A DNA stretch of 63,994 nt, filler included, from Streblomastix strix (Eukaryota), in assembly GCA_008636045.1 (NCBI GenBank). It is 3 parts of 3 records of this genome, joined end to end, with 100 filler letters (N's around TTAATTAATTAA, not from the genome) between each part and the next. Parts side by side here need not be neighbours in the genome. Positions count along the whole stretch, not along the records: positions 1 to 21,457 come from SNRW01000371.1; 2 more parts are not named here. One strand, written 5' to 3'. Shown here one piece after another: positions 1-13,161 of the stretch (positions are counted from its first letter, which is position 1; every line of letters begins with the position of its first letter). The notes beneath the pieces were generated by a model. That model had not been told where the DNA came from and did no database searches. It saw only the letters and a program-made list of their open reading frames with translations. Both the position numbers and the translations under genes were made by a program.

Positions 1-509
1 TTAAACGCAAAATATCCATTAGCTGAGTTTGATAAATTCACAATATTATAATTCAATAAGTAGTTTGCCCTAAAATGTGTATATCATATAAGATCATCAT
101 TAATTGTATTAATTTACTTTTTTACTACTCCAGTATCTTCTGTAATTATTCCTGTTGTTTAATAAATTATATTAACTTCTGATTCCAACATTGATATTTT
201 TGCTAATAGATCATTTTTTAATAAATTTAAGTTCTTAAATATCATAACATCATTTGATTCCAAATTCATGGAAAAATTTAAAGAATTATCTATTAGTACA
301 TAATTTAAAGAATATCAATCATCAATTATCAATTAATATTTGCTACTAGAAAATTAACTACTGGAACATGAAAGTTTTCTTTAATATTATTTCAAATATT
401 ATAAATTTGATTAAATTAAAGAACAAATTATTTATCTCTATTGTTAACTAAAGATTATAGCTAATGTCATTTCGATGTATGAAAAAGTAAGCAAAATCAA
501 TTAATTTTT

Positions 510-1291
510 CATTCATTCAATAAGATTTCTTATTTACTGACCCATTTGTTAAAAATTATGAATTCAAATTTCTTTAATGTTCCATACAGCATCATAAATT
601 CATCGAGATCAAGATTCTAAAAAGAATTCTATTCATAAACTTGTTTCAAATCACTTTCTGATTGATTAACTCCTAAGCACGTAGTATGTGAAAATATTCT
701 TGCAGTTTTGAACAGGTACCTTGGACGTTATGCAACAAAAAACACAGTATTTTTCCTATGAATACAGTCGGAAACTAAGAGAGTAATTGTTTTAGCTAAT
801 CCTGAACAGAATTTTTATATATCTGCGTTACTTTTTAGATTATCAAATATTAACAATGAATATAACAGCGAACTATGAAATAAAATAGAAATTGTTAGTA
901 CCTCGAATTCAACATTACTTTCCACAAATGATATTTCAATATTTCTCTCGAATTACACCTTATGAATCATAGATGAGCAAAAAATCACATAATCATTGTT
1001 GGAACACTGTATTTTGTTATGATCTCAATGCATTCTTAACGAAATATCTAGACAATTCATTTTGCATATTCTTTAGGTTTTTTCTAATTGATTTTTAGGA
1101 AAAGCTGAAGTAATTATAGTTGAATTCTATTTTTTAAGATTCGTTATTAATATTCTTTCTTTCATTTTCTATCTGAAGTCAGATTTATAACGTACGTTAA
1201 CTTCACTTAACTTCCAATAAGTTTAAATTTCTTTAACAGTATATTTAATGTCATCAATTTAAAACGTAAAAGATTGTTTCATTGAATCCAT
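510..1291 (-). pseudogene. A32/FtsK-HerA-like DNA packaging ATPase (degenerate)
   Basis: Minus strand reads YSLLIFDNLKSNAD (Walker B-like, ~830-865), then LVSDCIHRKNTVFFVAQRPRYLFKTARIFSH (~690-780), resembling the A32 'xRH...hhhhxQ...hxKxxR' motifs. Walker A is not recognisable. ATG at 1291. Confidence 0.6.
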
Positions 1292-1343
1292 TTATTTTTG
1301 TTTATTTTTAAATTTAGCATTTAAGCCAGCAGTTTTACTGTTG

Positions 1344-2930
1344 TCAATCTGCTGAATAATTATGAATAACATATGATTCACATACTTAAACATAAAAATC
1401 ATCAGGTAAACGAATCGAACACATTGTATATATTATAATGTTTCCATTAGGATTAATATATCAATCCATGGCAATTGCACCATTCCAGCATATTGGATAA
1501 CCATATACTTTTTACGCAAACAGAACTGCACTTAATGGTATGTTACTTGGTGTTCCAGTGAATTTTGGTTTTATAGCAATATCAACGATTGGGAATAAAG
1601 TATATCCTGATTACGATTCAGTATTAGGACCTGAATGAACCATTAATAAAGATAAATAAACTCTACTATTTTATGTTGTTAATGTACCCCTTATTCGTTA
1701 TTCATACATTCCATAAGCTATTGGTTTTGTATTAGCATTCTCAATTGGTTCTGAATCTAATTTATCCTTATCAATAGTATCTCCATTAGCTAATAATATT
1801 TAATTACTTGTTCCGTCTAATTTAATGATTTTATTAGCTGTGATAGGCTATGTAAATTATTTAATTCCTGGTATAGTCTATATTGAATTTAATATTAATT
1901 AATCAGATATTGATGATTTCTTAAAGTATTAACTAAAATAAGTAAAATATTTTATAATTTCATTATATATCTATTTTGTTATTTATTTTTACAAATTCTA
2001 TAGAGATTCTATTTCTTATTATTATTTCTTCTTCTTCTCATATTCTTACTTCATTTATAATAATTCTTCTTCTGATGGATCCTCAAGTTCACTTGCAATT
2101 TATTACTCTTCTTTTAGTTTTCAACAAAAATAAATAATTTCATAGCGATATTTTCTAATCAAAAATCGTCTGAACCAATATCTGATTCTAGCTTGTCAGA
2201 TAATCTAACGAAATCTGTATTTACTCTATATAACTTCTTAATATTATTCCATAATACGTTATCTATGTTAGAAATTGAAACATTCTTTATAAAGTCATCA
2301 TCTATTCTTAATATTTCTTTCTTCTTATATTTTTTTGAAATACAACTATTATATCTCAACAATGGTTCTTCCATTAGAACTTCAATATCTTTCTCTTCTT
2401 CTTCTGTTATTAGTGCCCTGAGGTTGGCATAGTTATCAGAGTTAAATATGAAATCTTCCCTCTTTCTTACGTGAATCAACATATCTCCAAATCGTATTTA
2501 TGATGAATCTCTATACTTCTAAGCTACGATGAGACAAGAACGTATCCTTTATAACTTATTCTGGCTCAAACTAATCAGTTTCTATTTAAATTTCTTTGTA
2601 TTTTTGAATATTATACCTGTGTTTTCGTGGTCATTCTGTCTAGATTTCTCTTTGTGGTTCTTATTCCTCATCGATATTTAGATCTCTGCTTCGTAATGGA
2701 GTTTTAATCGACGATTACTAAAAAATTTAAATAGCTTTCCTGAACACACTCGCAGTAACCTCATCAAATGCTTATAATCTGGTTTTTTCTTCTTCCGAAA
2801 ATTCTTTTTAATAGTAATATCATGTTTACTTTTATGAATTCTTATCTGAATTATATATATATTGATATCATTAAATTTTTGTGTTAATATTAAATCAATA
2901 AGTATCAAATAAAATGAATAAAGCATAAGT
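1344..2930 (-). pseudogene. Viral fibre/tail-like protein with coiled-coil N-terminal part (frameshifted)
   Basis: C-terminal half reads NSIQTIPGIKQFTQPITANK..IKLDGTSNQILLANGDTID, then a beta-rich domain ending in TGA at 1344. The frame links upstream through EKKKKQQQEIESLQ to the ORF-track fragments 2159-2482 and 2678-2962 via frameshifts and an in-frame TGA. Confidence 0.5.
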
Positions 2931-2977
2931 ATTAAACAATCTCTTTGAAAATGGAACTTCAATCGAAAATTTCAATA

Positions 2978-3564
2978 ATGGATATACTATATAAGTCAAA
3001 GATAATATAGAAATATATTATGAAAGAAAGAAAGCAACAAGAAAAATAACTCAAGGATAATAAAATAAGTTATTATTAGAAGCAATAGGTGGAAGTAAAA
3101 TCAGAATTGATAGAGTATTAAAATTACATGCTGAATAAATTAACGATGAAGCAGTAGATAAAACTTCATTTAGTTAACATTAGTGTTTATAAGATTATCC
3201 TATGAATATAGTTGATGATAGTGAATTTGTTTAATAAGTTATCGACGAAAAATCAAGATAAACACCAAATCCAACATAAAAGAATGTTATTATGATGCCA
3301 TAGATTAATTATACCTCGCCATAAGTAGATTTAGAGGAATTAATAAGTTTGCGAACTGAAAATTTATTCAGTAAATAATAGCATCAAGAATCTATTAAAT
3401 AAGCCAAGAAATATTAAGTAAAAATAGGAGATTATAAATAAATTTAACTTAAAGATGAATAATCGGAGCAAATATAAACTCCACCATAAGAATAAATTCC
3501 TGAATAATATTATAAAGTGTAATAAAAATAAGAAATTAGATTTAATGAAACAGATTTATGGTGA
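2978..3564 (+). CDS. Hypothetical Q/K/E-rich element protein (probably frameshifted)
   Basis: ATG GAT ATA CTA... through ...GAT TTA TGG TGA reads as coding with TAR=Gln; no recognisable motif. Confidence 0.35.
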
Positions 3565-3570
3565 TAAAAT

Positions 3571-4069
3571 CACTCATTATCATCACGATCTTATTCACGT
3601 TCATTATCATCTTCAGATGAATTATTAGGATTTTCTTATATATATCCTAGTTTTTAAAATACTACCTAATCTTAATCAGTAATACTCAATAATTCCTATA
3701 TTTTTATAACTTTCTCATAGTACTAATCAATTATTTTATGAATCTAAGCAAGTTCATCTCTATTTGGAATTACAATTCTTTACAAACGTTAAATTAGTAA
3801 TAACTAAGAATTCGGAGCATTATACTTATATTCAAGTGCTTTTTATTTATCCTTAGCATGATTAATTCTCTTCTTGATTCGTTATGCTTATTTTGCATCT
3901 TCTTCAGTTGCATACTTACGTTTTCGAGGCTTTGCTGCTTATATACTTCATTTTCAAGTGATTTTAGTTTACATGCATTATCAGCGAAAATTTACATCTA
4001 TTCTTCTGATGATCTTACTTCTACGCTAAATTTCCACTTGCTTTATTAAGATTTTGGCATAATTGCCAT
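3571..4069 (-). pseudogene. Small basic element protein with KPRKRKYATEEDAK motif (frameshifted)
   Basis: MAIMPKSQQSKWKFSVEVRSSEEQMQIFADNA..., then an NLS/DNA-binding-like KPRKRKYATEEDAK segment in a shifted frame; acidic C-terminus. Confidence 0.4.
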
Positions 4070-4119
4070 CTTTCTATTTTATATTCGAAAATAAAAGAAA
4101 AGTAATAAAAAGTTAAATT

Positions 4120-5166
4120 ATCATATTTAAAAACTATTGTTTATATTTTCATCTAATTATCAAGTATTCTAAGCTATAACTTTGCAGTATTATATTGGTA
4201 ATTCAATTATTTTATATCTTAATATAATTTAAATAATTTAACTGTTACATTTCCATTAGAATACTTAATAAACTCAGCTAATTCATTGAAATTTCTTCTT
4301 TATTTAACGAACTAATGACTTGTTTTTGAGTAATCAAGATGAATCATTAGTATATTTCCAGGCAGGAATTAGAATATGCCTTTACTTTATTATTTTTATT
4401 TAATTTCTAATAGTTTATTTTGTTGGTTTCTTATAAATTATACTTCAAAATTTTAGTTAAAATTAACTTATTATGGAGAATATTTATTATCATTAGTAGA
4501 ATGAAGAGACAATTTAAACATCTAAACCATATGCTGCAATAAACCGTTTTCAGCAAATTTCTATGAATCATCTCTAAATCCATTACGAGTAGTTCTCATA
4601 ACTGAATCCATAACACTATTATGATTAGTGAACTTAGAATCAGTGAAGAATGATGTTATATTATTCTCCTAGCAGAATGTTTTCAATATACATCCATTGA
4701 ATCCCTTCTCACCTTTACCTCTAATATTAGTAAAATGTTAATTCTTAACTAATATTTACAATGCATTCTTAATTTAGCTTGCAGATTTATCTCTTAATGG
4801 GAAAACAACGAGATATTTAGTGTTGATATTGATATAGAATAAATATATTTAATTAGCTCTGATAATACGCTCATCCACTGAGAATACTAAGTCAATTTCC
4901 CATGAACCAAGTTTTGGTGAGAAATATGGACTATTCAGCTTTGATAATGGCTTAATTTAGAAATCAGGAGGAATCCCTTGAACTTTCTCAGGTGGTTATC
5001 CGTGAAGCTTCTTAAAATGCTCTATCTTGGATTTGAAAGGAAATTTTAGTGGTTGGTCGAATTCATTTCAACCTTATTTTTCGTGTGATTCTTATAATTA
5101 GCTCACCTCAGCATTACTTAAGACTCTATATTAGTTACATAATTTTGATACAATTGATTAGTCATG
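4120..5166 (-). pseudogene. Retroviral-like (rve) integrase of Polinton type, inactivated
   Basis: PYFSPKLGSWEIDLVF...YLFYININTKYLVVFPLRDKSA...IRGKGEKGF...FTDSKFTNHNSVMDSVMRTTRNGF, with C-terminal PGNILMIHLDYSK...FVKQRRNFNELAEF. The second catalytic Asp appears replaced by Lys; in-frame TGA near 5070. Confidence 0.85.
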
Positions 5167-5343
5167 CATTTAAATAAACAATCTATATCATTTTTCTAGA
5201 GATTTCTCATTCAGTTTTCCCTGGTTTTTCTTATTAAACTTCAAAATAAATTCTTAATATTTTATTTAATTCAAAATACGATAAGCAATTTATTCAATTA
5301 AATAATCTATGCTTTTTTTGCGATTCAGAAAACTGAATTTTTA

Positions 5344-5517
5344 ATGTATCACTTCGAGATTCATTTTAAAAAATTCCAAAATAGATCTTGGGAATGGTGG
5401 TTTACATATATATACGAAGAAGAATAATTACGTAAAGTCATAAGAGATGAATTATCTCACGAATATCCTGAAATTAAATAAGAATTCATCAAATAAATAC
5501 TAAAACGATAATAATGA
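5344..5517 (+). CDS. Small hypothetical element protein (57 aa; frame may extend upstream)
   Basis: Clean TAR=Gln frame MYHFEIHFKKFQNRSWEWWFTYIYEEEQLRKVIRDELSHEYPEIKQEFIKQILKRQQ-TGA. Confidence 0.35.
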
Positions 5518-5559
5518 GATTATCAACTGCCATTGATTCACTTTATATTATGATTATCA

Positions 5560-8500
5560 CTAAATAACAGTTTATTAAAAATGATTTCAATCCAAATATA
5601 TAGGTAGCACATGCTTAGTTTCTAAGAACTATTTCTTTAGCATTGATTCGGCTGATTCAAACTCTTTCTTACATTACTTGAGATAATATTTCTTATATAA
5701 TTTTTAAATATATGTTATTTACTTTAGTTATTATATTTTTATTAATATTTTCTTAGAATTTATATTTATTTAATTATTTATTTATTTTATACTTGTTTTA
5801 CAACTTTCATTTTCATAATAACTTTTTAATTTTTATTATTCCAAATAAAATAACACTTTAGAACAAATGCAAAGCTAGTTGTATCTCCAGATTCAATAAT
5901 CCAACCTAAGATCTTCGTAATATCATAATAATTATCTCGGGAAGGAAAAAATGGGGATATGAATCATTCCACAATTTCTGATCTTTAACTGACCAACTCT
6001 ATTATGTTCTAGCTATACAATTTTAGTTATCTAGTAATGAAATTTCTATCCATAAACTTTCAGTTTCTCCATATATAACATGAATATTATTCATATCTAA
6101 GCATGGAGTAAGAAAATTATTGAAACCATTGAGATAGAAGTATTTTGAATTATCAATTGTAAAACATGCAACTTATAATGCAGTTGAGCATTAGCATCTC
6201 TTCTTTTTTAATTCGACTAGGAATCAATTCTCAGAAATCTACTTATCAGATAGAAATGTATTAGACATATGATGTTTGCATACGTTTTTCTTATTGTATT
6301 GTTAAAAATCATGATATTTCTCAATATTAATTGAATTATTGTCAAATGTAGTATTAATTTCAAATTTATTCTTCGATTCTTAACCGTTATTTCATTTGAA
6401 ATAAGCATAATATCGTTGATATATATTATTCTTGAAAAATTCATTGAATTCACAATGTTTATTGAAAATAACTATTTACTTAATATCATCAATAACTAGA
6501 TGACATGGATCTATAAGAAATCATAGGTGACAATTATTGAACTACAAATATTGATCATAAGTTGGAAATATGATCATTAATTTTTTTCTTCAATTTCATA
6601 TTTTATATTACTTTTAATCATATTTTAATATATATATTCACCATTAGTCTCTTTATTGGTAGTTATCTTAAGATTTCTCCATATTACTGGGAAATTAATG
6701 AATTCATTTACATATTCTTCTTGCATATGAGCTTTGAATTTATGCAATGAATAGATGTATAAGCTAATTTATTATATCTTAATTTGTTGAGAACCTATAT
6801 TTATTGAAGATAAATTATTTTGCTTATTCATTGCAATGAATGATATATTATATACCTCCTGGCAAAAACATCTTATGATTAGTATATGGAATTAAAGGAT
6901 GCTATTCAGAACTTATGCAACAATCATAGAAGCTGTTAAAATCTAAGCAAATAATATTATCAATGATAAGAAAATGTGAATAAGAAATGACTTGATTATC
7001 TTGCTTTCTAAATTTATGAATTTACGCTAATACAGAGATATTTTCTCTATTATTAACGAATGAATTAGCCTCGATTAAATCATTACATATTCAATCATTG
7101 ACTTCCTGATTTGAAATAGTCTTTAGTAAGATATGCAATTCATAATACATATGTAATTATTTCATTATTCTTGCAGTTTCCTTATCTTTATTTGAAGTAT
7201 ACTTATTACAATATAAGCAAAAATATATTATGATAGTTTTAGTTTTGGATTTTTCATTATCAATTCTATCAAGTGTTGGCTTATTATCATAAGTAAATCC
7301 AGCTTAACACATATGATATCGTTATGTTAAAAAAATATCATGATTATATTTATAATCTTCATAAGCTATATTTCGATCTATTCTTCTTTTCAAACGTTTA
7401 TTTAATTGATAATATGAATTAACTTTGGTTTTCCTATATTCTATAGATAAATCAAAGGGATAAGCATTATCCATAGGTGAGTAACAGCCGGAAATATTAA
7501 AATTTTTATTGCAATAAGCATATTTCTTCAAGCAAGATAATTTTGCTAATGATGTATTCTATAGTAGATCTATATGATAGTCAGTATAGTCTTTGATCTT
7601 ATTATCGATAGCTTATAGCAATAGCTAAGATTACAAACGTAAGTTTGCAAGCAACGAAGTTGATTACTTTATTAGTGATTTACATGGTTTAACTTTACCA
7701 ATATCTCCTAGAAAATTATCAAACTCCATATCTGCACTGATATAATTCTTAGCATCATTAAATTTTAAATGAATGGAATTTTCGATAGATTTTACTATGA
7801 TTTGAATTGGATTGCTTCTTGGACCAGGTCTATCTATTAAATCATACTTCGAGGATTTAAGATTCATAAATATTAGAGTCGTAACAGATTTCAAATATTC
7901 AAATCAAAAAATAACGACTTCATATCGTTACGGAACTTCATCTGCAAACTTATTATCGCTACCAATTTATATAGCTTCACTGAATACTTGATCAAGATAT
8001 TTCTCAACTAAATTATCTTAAGATTAATCAAAAGAAATAGTCTTGATATAGTTTTTGGCTTTAATTGTTGACGCAACAGCTGTTGGAATAAGAATTTGAT
8101 ATTAATAAATAGGATGTTTCTATAGCTCTGTTTAGAACTTGAATGTTAAGTAATATTATTTTGCTTTATACTCTGATTCTCTACTATGAATAAAGAGATA
8201 TCTATAGGTCTTATTAGATGTAATATGTGGAATGAATGACTTTGGAAATTTCCCAAAGGTTATGTATTTCTTGATTTAACCATTGTTTTATTAGCATTCC
8301 TTCATTTGAGTATCCATTTTTCTTTTAGAATTATCATTATCATCCTTAGTAAATACTGCATGTTTATTACAGATTGGACAAATTTTAATACTTAATAGCT
8401 TCTCAATACAGTTTATATATATGATAGGTTAGTTTCTATCTTCATCATTAAGAAGAAGAATATTATAATTCATTGCTTATTAAATTTCTATACGATATTT

Positions 8501-10047
8501 ATTGAATAATTTATAAGGAATTTCTATATTCCTAACGTCAAACTCATAATAGTTGATATTAACATTGAGTTTCTAAGCAACTTTCAATGAATCATCCCAG
8601 CTAAATCCTGGATATTTCTTAAGAAATTAATGTAAATTTTCTTACTTGATATAAAAGAATTCAAATAATAATCTTTTGCATTTTGCATTTCTTTAATGTC
8701 TATCAATTTCAATATTTTTACTATCAAACATAGTAATGCAAGTTAGATTATACTAAAAGCAAGTATTATAATCATCATCAGAATGAATATATTTTATGAT
8801 ATTCATCTTATTTTTATGGATCATAATGAGTCCTTCCAAATTTTACCCTGGAAATGGTAATTTATAGGATATTATTTACACAGGGAAAATTGCTACCGAA
8901 AGATCTTTTGTATCAATTATTTAAGTTCGTTCTTACATCTATATGATAGTAGATCTTACGTGTTTCTTGAATTCATTGATTGATTCTCTACTGTAAAGTA
9001 TATATTGCGTATGATTTTAAGCATGTTTATCATCGGGAAGCTGTATTCTATAAGAAATCTCCTTACTATTGTTATTTTCATCTAGAGATCAATATTTGAT
9101 TAAGGTAAAGGTCTTATAAGGTTTGCATCGAATTCTTCCTGGATTTAGTACTTCTATTAAGTCACGACCAACAGTACTAGGATGTATCATGTATTCACTT
9201 CTTTAAATAACTGTTCCAGCATCGAAAGCAAACTTAAATAATCTACATTCTCATGCTGAAAGCTTCTCTCTCTATAAAGGCTTCATAGTCTTCTGATGAT
9301 GAAATATAATTATTATAGAATTCGAAGGAAGGAGAAGTTGTATCAGTTGCAGCAATATAACTAATGATTTCCTCAGCATAATTAGCAATTTAATCTTCAA
9401 TAACCTAAGATAATTAGTCCATTCTAGCTGGCTACGCCAGAAGATTATAATCCAGATTTTTATAATCAAACATATGGATCTCCTCGTCAGAATATTATCG
9501 AATCATCTGCTGAATTTCTTATCTATTTCTTATTAGAATATCATGTTCTTTAGATAATAATCCTGACTCAAATCTTTAAAATTTAGCTTATAATTATTCT
9601 TATTCCATCATTTCCATGGAGAATATTTTTTCCAGATGTTATTATAGATCTCTAAATTACCTCTCTTCTTATTTTTACTGAGATTTTATTTTATAAAGTT
9701 TTCTCCGTTTCTCAGCATATTTCTATTGTTTATTAATAATTCAAATTAGTTATACTGGTTTCTCTCTTGGTTTCTTTGCAGCTTACTATTGCTTTTCGAA
9801 ATCATTAGGATAAGCTCTAGGAGCTTGTTTTTTTAACAGCTTGTTGAGCTTGAAGTTTAGGAATTTGTCTTGGTTATGGTCAAGGAATTTGTTTTGTCAC
9901 AGGTGGAGGTTAAATAATTGGTTGTTTTTGATCTTTAAGTCGTTCTTTATGTGCCTGTGGCTGATGTTATCATCGATTCTATTGTTGTCTTTAGTTCTTA
10001 GGTTTATTTTTCAATGCTGGACGAGCTTATTATTTCTTACCTGCCAT
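5560..10047 (-). pseudogene. Large family-B (Polinton/protein-primed type) DNA polymerase, degenerate
   Basis: ExoI-like YYLTFKFQTE (~8130-8160); ExoII-like region ~7880-7940; motif B-like KFEINTTFDNNSINIEKY; LQVACFTIDNSKYFYLNGFNNFLTPCLDMNNIHVIYGETESL (motif C YGDTDS decayed, ~6056-6073); LKCYFIW; C-terminal IVLRNQACATYIFGL. Many frameshifts; ATG at 10047. Confidence 0.85.
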
Positions 10048-10170
10048 TTCGGATAAATTTAAAATTGGATATTTTTAGACAATAATTATTAAAAATGAAT
10101 AATTATTCTTATTATTTTTAATTTAAAATAAGCAAATTTAAAATAAATACAAAAAAGGTAAAAATTAGAC

Positions 10171-10192
10171 GTGCATAAATGCTTGGTGCTCG
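10171..10192 (-). promoter_or_regulatory. Putative element promoter/origin motif, copy A
   Basis: Reverse complement CGAGCACCAAGCATTTATGCAC, followed by ATTCATTTTTAATAA (10100-10086), upstream of polB. Near-identical to 13141-13161. Confidence 0.35.
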
Positions 10193-10299
10193 TGATATTT
10201 TAATATCTAAAATTTAAAAATAAAATAAATTTTTTTCCAATTTTTTATTAATTAGTTTAATTTTTAATAATTAAACTTTCATTTCAGAAATATCCTTTT

Positions 10300-12807
10300 A
10301 TGAATTTGGGAAAATGGTACAAAATAAAAAAGTTGAAATATTTTCTTTCGAAAAATAATAAAAAATGATAAAGAAATTAATAAAAATCTTGCAAAACGTT
10401 GTTTATCAAAAGAAGAATATTTTTAAATGTGTTAATATATCAATATTCTAATTGCAAGATTATAATAAATAGCTTTAGAATTATCTTATAAAACTATAAT
10501 TGAGAGAAATCATCATTCTAAAACTAACTTATACTACTACAATAAAATTGAATGTAGTATTTAAGGAAAGAAAATCGCAGGATCTTGCATAAATTTAAAG
10601 AAGTGTTTATATTTTGCAGTTGTTGGTATTGCAACCAATAAATTTTTGGATGATGAATAAAGAAACATAACATGAGATGAAATTCACAAAAAAATTAAGA
10701 AAATAACTGTCTTAAATGTTGATTTAGTTTAAACAGCTCATGGATGTTTACATATATACTGTAATATGTATTTGGTGTCTCATTATTAAGGTAATTCAAT
10801 ATAAAAATTAATATTTAATGAAAAATATTATGTTGATTTACTTACTTGCACTGAATAGTATATTGATGAGTAATAGTAAGAAAAATTAAGAAATGTTATA
10901 TTGCCTGGAATTAGAATCAAAAATAATGAATAGAATCCAATAATTAAGAAATTTAAGAATATATTTGAGTAATTATACGTATATGAAGATCAAAATGATG
11001 TTTTGGTAAGAAATATATGAGTGAGTTATCTTCAGTATTTAGTGTATTAGGATTTCGTTTTGATCCTTTTCATAAAAAGCGTATTTCATATGATGATGAA
11101 GAATTATAGGAATAAATTACTTCAATGACCAAAGAATATCCAGAAATATTAATAAATATTCTTGAAAACTTAATTATTCATATTAATGCTGCAAAATCAG
11201 AGAAAGAAAAGACTTAATTTAAATTATATAGCTTAGCTAATGAAATGAAAGGAATTTCTGGTGCTGATGATTAGTAGAATGATGACTTTTATGATAAAAT
11301 TAGAATAATTCCTAGGTTAGTATTAAAAGCTAGTTTAATAGAGAAAACTTATCAATTAAATCAAAAATTAAAGAAAATTCAGAAGATGGTAATAAATCAT
11401 CTATAAAATCATCTCTGATTTCTCATTTAAGTAGTTAAACTGATGGAAAAAATATAGATCTAACAAAAATAATACTGAATAATATTGATTTAATCAATTA
11501 ATTTAATTTGCAGATATATAAATTAAGATTTATAAAGATGAATATGAATTTAATGAAGATATTATATCTATTATGACAAAGATAATGAGATATATATACT
11601 CTTATACAATAACATTTCTATTAAAATAATACAATAATCTTGAAAAGAAATATATTTTCGTTTTGAAAAGTAAATCATGTGCATAAGATATATTAAACAT
11701 GATTCCAGCACATTTTAATAGAAAGAAGTCTAAAACACTGTGATATTTAGCTATCACATGTAATTAGATATTAATAATTTAGAAAGTTGAATTTAAAAGT
11801 GAAGATGCAGATGTATTTTCTATGTTTTAAGGCTGGAAATACCATGAACTTGAGCAAATTAAAAAAGAATTAATACAACCTTATCTAGATCGTATTAAAT
11901 AAGTAATATCTTCCAATGACACAACTGCTTACGAATATATTTTGAAATAGTTTGCTTTAATTATATAACATCCTGAATTATAGACTCGTGTATCGAAAAT
12001 TTTAAGAGGTGGATAAAGCTGTTGAAAAAATAGTTTTACTGATGTGCTATCAGAGTTACTATCTCGATATTCGTTAATAAATGTTACATCATTAACATCA
12101 GTGACTGGATAATTCTATATTATGTTGAGTTGTTTGGTATTTATTGTGTTAAATGATCATATAACATTCAGTTTTTCAGTTGGACATGAAGTTAATAAGC
12201 TAAAATCATTGATCATAGATCCAACTTTAGAAATTCGTACGAAATTCTCTATTTCACGTGTTGAAAAGGATTTAATGAACTTTATTTTTGTATTTAATCA
12301 TTTAGATCCTGTTCATTTAGATTAAGCAAAGAGATATTATTTATTATATTAATGTGAATCTAAAAATAGGAAGAATTTTCAGCACTTTAATAAGTTTTTC
12401 AGACATAAAAGTCAAGAATGATTCAATGTTAATCGAATAACACATTTTTTAAACTAATTATTTCATAGTTTGATACTTGAAATATACCATTAAAAGAAGC
12501 TAAGAAGCAAATCATTGAGATTTTATTTGCTGATTTCGATAGATATTATATATATAATACTTCAAATAGTTAATTGAAAGATAGTTATGTGAAATAGCTC
12601 TATAATACAGTCCAGATTCAATAAAGTCATGAAATTTCAGATCATAAATTCAAAAGAATTGTGATACGATACGTAAGCATAATTAAGGTAAATTCTTAAA
12701 ATACAATAAAATCAAAGAAGATAAATTAGAAAAGTTACAAGAATATTTCAATGAATAAGATCATTATCATTCATAAGTTAATGATCTTCCGAATCTTGAT
12801 GATTGAA
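10300..12807 (+). pseudogene. AEP-family primase fused to SF3 (poxvirus D5-like) helicase, degenerate
   Basis: AEP motifs FAVVGIA (DxD lost, ~10613-10633) and VQTAHGCLHIYCN (~10727-10765); YLDRIKQVISSNDTTAYEYILK; Walker A LRGGQSC*KNSFTD (TGA at 12023); later LEIRTKFSISRVEKDLMNFIFVFNHLDPVHLDQAKRY. Confidence 0.85.
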
Positions 12808-13140
12808 TTGCTCCTTAATTTCTTTATTAATTCCACTTTTAATTTTATTTTTTGGAGAAAGGAGGAGTGACGGAGTTCATAGAACAAGATTAGGATTTTG
12901 TAAATTAATTAGGAAAATAAGATAAATTATAAGTAAATCATACCAAAATTATTAAAAAATTCATTTTTTAATCATAAGTTTATTATTTCATATCAATTTC
13001 ATACTTAAAATCTTAATAATAGCCGAAATCTAACCTATTTATTAACCATATATATATTCAACAACTCATTTTCTAAGAATGTGTACACCGTATTCAATAA
13101 CTCACGTCAATTTTGTTTATAAAAGGACTTATTTTAACCT

Positions 13141-13161
13141 CGAGTATCAAGCACCATGCAC
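13141..13161 (+). promoter_or_regulatory. Putative element promoter/origin motif, copy B
   Basis: CGAGTATCAAGCACCATGCAC followed by ATTCATTTTTAATAA (13202-13216); inverted relative to copy A. Confidence 0.35.

Noticed and set aside
5390..5420. GNGGLHIY, resembling a second AEP primase motif
   Set aside because: It lies in a short frame with no other AEP motifs; the overlapping frame (SWEWWFTYIYEEE) forms a cleaner ORF.
1344..12807. TGA read-through (an all-stops-reassigned code) in the viral genes
   Set aside because: In-frame TGAs fall where different residues are expected (e.g. Gly of Walker A) and co-occur with frameshifts and lost catalytic residues, so decay explains them.
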